From Methanobacteriota archaeon (GTDB lineage: Archaea > Thermoplasmatota > Poseidoniia > Poseidoniales > Thalassarchaeaceae), in contig JAPOKZ010000003.1 of the NCBI GenBank assembly GCA_029977385.1, forward strand, positions 1 to 58,553: a stretch of DNA of 58,553 bases, in the 5' to 3' direction. The notes below the pieces were generated by a model. It saw only the letters and a program-made list of their open reading frames with translations, did no database searches and was not told the DNA's origin. Made by a program: the position numbers and the translations under genes. Positions 56,162-58,553 of this stretch are shown here, piece by piece. Within the stretch, counting starts at the first letter, position 1. Each line of letters opens with the position of its first letter.

Positions 56162-57478
56162 TTATTGGAACAGTATCTTTTCAGCGATTTCTGAGACTCT
56201 ACGCTCATTTCCTGATGTTGTCATCACATATACTGCCTCTTGGCTAACCTGCCTTCTCCTGAGAGCCTCGGCCATTGGAGTTACCTCCTTTAGCCATCTT
56301 GTTTTACCATCGTCACCTAGGACCTTAACGTCCACTTGAGCCATTCGTGGCTCCGAGAGTAACAGTTTCACGCTAGGCACATCAATGGCCACATATCCAG
56401 GCTCTAGACCGGCCCGATATGCAATATCGTCCTCCAACTCCCTCCTCTCATTCAAATTATTTGCCACTATTGCAAGCCTTTCTACCTGCTCTTGAGTCAG
56501 GTCGTCCTTTCTCCTACTTAGGCAAACTTTCAGGAGATTTCTGTACTTGAGTCTAGTAACCATGTCCCTTGAGAAACCTCCAACCTTGTCCAATTCCGCC
56601 CATATCTCTGCATCTACCCTCCTCTGCAAATCTAAAGAATTAGGTAGTGCTTCTCCTGCCCTCTCCACGGCTCTTGAAAGCATCACTTCAGTCACTCTTG
56701 TTACCCTGTGAAAGTAAACAGCACTGTACATCAGCCCCCTAGCTACTAGCATCCCCTCCAGAGAAGATAGTCCCCCTTGTTCTACAACTATGTCTCCGCT
56801 CTGACTTCTCAAGCACTCTATCAAACGATTATGATCCACAACTCCATGCTTGACTCCAGTAAAGTGAGAGTCCCTAAGAAGATAGTCTAACTGATCGCAA
56901 TCCACTGGTCCATGAACGAGTAGAGCAAGGGTCCTATCCTCTCCTGAAAAATCAGATTGTCCCTCTGACCAACTAAGCAATGACCTCTCAGTACCAGATG
57001 CATCTGGGCCGGTGATTAACGAAGAGACGAGTTTTGGGTCTAGGCCTCTGTCCTCCAATATCTCAGGAATGGACTTCCTATCATCCAAAGATTCCCCTTC
57101 GCCTTCTACTATGACGTCATATTCACCGAGGATTATTCCCTTGGTCACCTCCATGTGATCAAGTCCCCCTCTGTCTGCAAGGATGTGCTCAAGTGTATGG
57201 GAATAGGGGCCATGTCCCACATCGTGCAACATGGCCGCGACTTGCAGAGTATCCTTGTCTAAGTCCTCCATTTGAAGAGAATCGGCCATCCTTCCAGCGA
57301 TATGGGAGGCACCCAAAGAGTGTTCGAACCTAGTGTGATGCGCCCCCGGGAATACCAAGTGTGCGAGCCCCAGTTGCTTAATGTGACTGAGTTTATTCAT
57401 CTCGGGTGTTGAAAGAAGATCCTTTGTCACCCCGTCCAACTTGAATTGGCCGTGTATTGAATCATTGATGACTTTCAC
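56162..57478 (-). CDS. HD-domain phosphohydrolase (dNTP triphosphohydrolase / SAMHD1-like family)
   Basis: GTG start. The signature IHGQFKL...LSHIKQLGLAHLVFPGAHHTRFEHSLG...AAMLHDVGHGPYSH matches COG1078-type HD hydrolases. Confidence 0.85.
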   Translation of the reverse strand: MKVINDSIHGQFKLDGVTKDLLSTPEMNKLSHIKQLGLAHLVFPGAHHTRFEHSLGASHIAGRMADSLQMEDLDKDTLQVAAMLHDVGHGPYSHTLEHILADRGGLDHMEVTKGIILGEYDVIVEGEGESLDDRKSIPEILEDRGLDPKLVSSLITGPDASGTERSLLSWSEGQSDFSGEDRTLALLVHGPVDCDQLDYLLRDSHFTGVKHGVVDHNRLIECLRSQSGDIVVEQGGLSSLEGMLVARGLMYSAVYFHRVTRVTEVMLSRAVERAGEALPNSLDLQRRVDAEIWAELDKVGGFSRDMVTRLKYRNLLKVCLSRRKDDLTQEQVERLAIVANNLNERRELEDDIAYRAGLEPGYVAIDVPSVKLLLSEPRMAQVDVKVLGDDGKTRWLKEVTPMAEALRRRQVSQEAVYVMTTSGNERRVSEIAEKILFQ

Positions 57479-57558
57479 AGTATCACAGAGAATGCCGAGC
57501 AGTCATGTGCCTTGAATCGCTCGTTTCCATACGGAAACGGAGTATTCCAAAAAAGGCT

Positions 57559-57596
57559 AATTGTAATTCAATTGCATTTCAATTGCAATACAATTA
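57559..57596. promoter_or_regulatory. AATT(G) repeats with 11-bp periodicity plus TATA-like box upstream of the RHH regulator gene (candidate operator/promoter)
   Basis: AATT occurs at 57559, 57570, 57581 and 57592, exactly 11 bp apart. This includes a perfect direct repeat TTCAATTGCA at 57567-57576 and 57578-57587, each containing the palindrome CAATTG. The AT-rich ATTATAT follows at about 57594-57600, roughly 55-60 nt upstream of the ATG at 57657. Confidence 0.4.
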
Positions 57597-57656
57597 TATC
57601 CTACACGCTCCTCTCGCAGACTCAGGAGGGACAAGTAGGTGGCCGGCAACAGTCCA

Positions 57657-58004
57657 ATGGTCTCGCTAAGGATACCAGAGGATCACCTCCTGGAACTAGA
57701 CAGATTGGTCGGATTCGATGGTATGAGGAATCGATCTGATGTAATCCGGGAAGCTGTAAGGAGAATGCTAGCTACACCGCTTCCTGGCAAGGGAGACAGG
57801 GTAGAGGTCGACTTGGGTCCTGACCTTACTGTCAGGCTAAGGGACTATTGCAAGATAGTCGGAGAGCCCGCAGATGTTGTTCTAAGACAATCCGCTAGGG
57901 AAATGATCCGTAAGGAGATGATCGAGGGAGCCACAGTTGTGGACCTATTGAGGAGACGCATGGATGAGTTGCTCTCCAGACACGATGACGAGTCAAACAC
58001 TTAG
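57657..58004 (+). CDS. ribbon-helix-helix (CopG/Arc/MetJ-type) DNA-binding protein with two tandem RHH-like units
   Basis: Unit 1 is VSLRIPEDHLLELDRLV...RNRSDVIREAVRRML. Unit 2 is VEVDLGPDLTVRLRDYCKIVGEPADVVLRQSAREMIRKEM. The track start is GTG at 57639; I prefer the ATG at 57657. Confidence 0.7.
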   Translation: MVSLRIPEDHLLELDRLVGFDGMRNRSDVIREAVRRMLATPLPGKGDRVEVDLGPDLTVRLRDYCKIVGEPADVVLRQSAREMIRKEMIEGATVVDLLRRRMDELLSRHDDESNT

Positions 58005-58328
58005 GAGTGAGAGAGATATGGACGATGTTGGGATGCACGTACAGAAATCGGGGAGGCGGCATGTCCGCCTCCCCAACCACAAATCAAACGGGACCTCCGG
58101 GTTCGAGACTGGTCTTAGGAAGATCAGAGACAGAGCGAGGAAACTAAGCAACGCTGTAGGATATGACTCCAAAGACGCCCCCAGGGCACTTAGGAAAGCA
58201 GAACGAAGATAGCTCTCAACACACACACACCGTCCCGCACGCTTCGTGCGGGGCAACCCCACTCTACCTGAATGAAATGCTGAATTAGGATGCAAACTTA
58301 TGGACGGCCTATTATCCAGTAGGACTTC

Positions 58329-58553
58329 ATGCCATTAGGAAAAATGGAGAAAGGTGGGCTATTCTTTGCTCATGACTCTCCTAGAGAGTCGCAGATAGCG
58401 ATGATTTCTGATGGAGTCAAGGTTCTGAGGGATGGAGGTTTCCTTCTTGCTTCAGCCCCTACCGGGATAGGAAAGACCGCTGCAGCTCTAGCATCGGCAC
58501 TTAGTGTGGCCAATCTATACAGCACTAGTTCTGAGACTCCGAAGATTCTTTTC
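58329..58553 (+). CDS. XPD/Rad3(DinG)-family DNA helicase, 5' fragment running off the window
   Basis: The frame is open from ATG 58329 to the window end (75 codons). It encodes ...FAHDSPRESQIAMISDGVKVLRDGGFLLASAPTGIGKTAAALASAL..., matching the DEAD_2/Rad3 N-terminus (FP...R..Q......l..g....eAPTGtGKT). It is absent from the ORF track because it has no stop codon. Confidence 0.65.
   Translation, partial: MPLGKMEKGGLFFAHDSPRESQIAMISDGVKVLRDGGFLLASAPTGIGKTAAALASALSVANLYSTSSETPKILF

Noticed and set aside
57993-58295. Minus-strand 100-aa ORF downstream of the RHH gene.
   Set aside because: The product is Leu/Ser/Cys-rich with no motifs. It overlaps the hairpin and (AC)6 region and has no plausible start context.
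58255-58295. CTGA...ATGAAATG...CTGA string, considered as a C/D-box sRNA.
   Set aside because: There is no canonical C box (RUGAUGA) at the required distance upstream. The spacing between the putative boxes is too short for guide regions.

Overview
This is a very gene-dense 58.5 kb archaeal chromosomal segment. Most intergenic gaps are under 100 nt, and several convergent genes abut or overlap.

**Archaeal identity.** It is supported by RNase P Rpp21, type II GAPDH, archaeal-type PheRS-beta and GluRS, uS15 (S13e type), archaeosine synthase ArcS, CDP-archaeol synthase CarS and an STT3/AglB oligosaccharyltransferase. These sit alongside bacterial-type adk, dnaJ and gdhA, secreted peptidases and giant adhesin-like proteins. 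That mix fits a streamlined marine planktonic Thermoplasmatota (MGII/Poseidoniales-like) genome, but the taxonomic call is inference only.

**Surface proteins.** Roughly 31 kb of the window (about half) encodes predicted secreted or membrane-anchored proteins. Four are giants of 1587, 1904, 1429 and 3326 aa.

**Most striking locus.** A co-directional minus-strand run spans 32667-50862. It encodes:
- a 3326-aa protein whose middle is an unmistakable AglB/STT3 core (EL1 Asp, DHD, TIGE and WWDYGF motifs), preceded by about 10 extra TM helices and followed by a ~1900-aa adhesin-like ectodomain with a second TM anchor;
- a membrane-anchored S8 subtilase;
- a 1429-aa beta-helix/Ig-like surface protein;
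- a wHTH-NTPase-TPR (STAND-like) regulator.

**Other notable items.**
- A 1904-aa protein has about 20 thrombospondin-type-3 Ca-binding repeats around a propeller-like core.
- Two unrelated giants carry Trp-rich acidic cytoplasmic tails.
- A degenerate RecJ/Cdc45-like gene is linked to rps15.
- A tandem ribbon-helix-helix regulator lies downstream of AATT repeats with 11-bp periodicity.
- A GXGXG-domain fusion has an unassigned C-terminal half.

**Not found.** I recognised no rRNA, tRNA, CRISPR array, transposase or integrase, and no prophage signature. All calls come from reading the translated ORFs and the DNA by eye, with no searches run.
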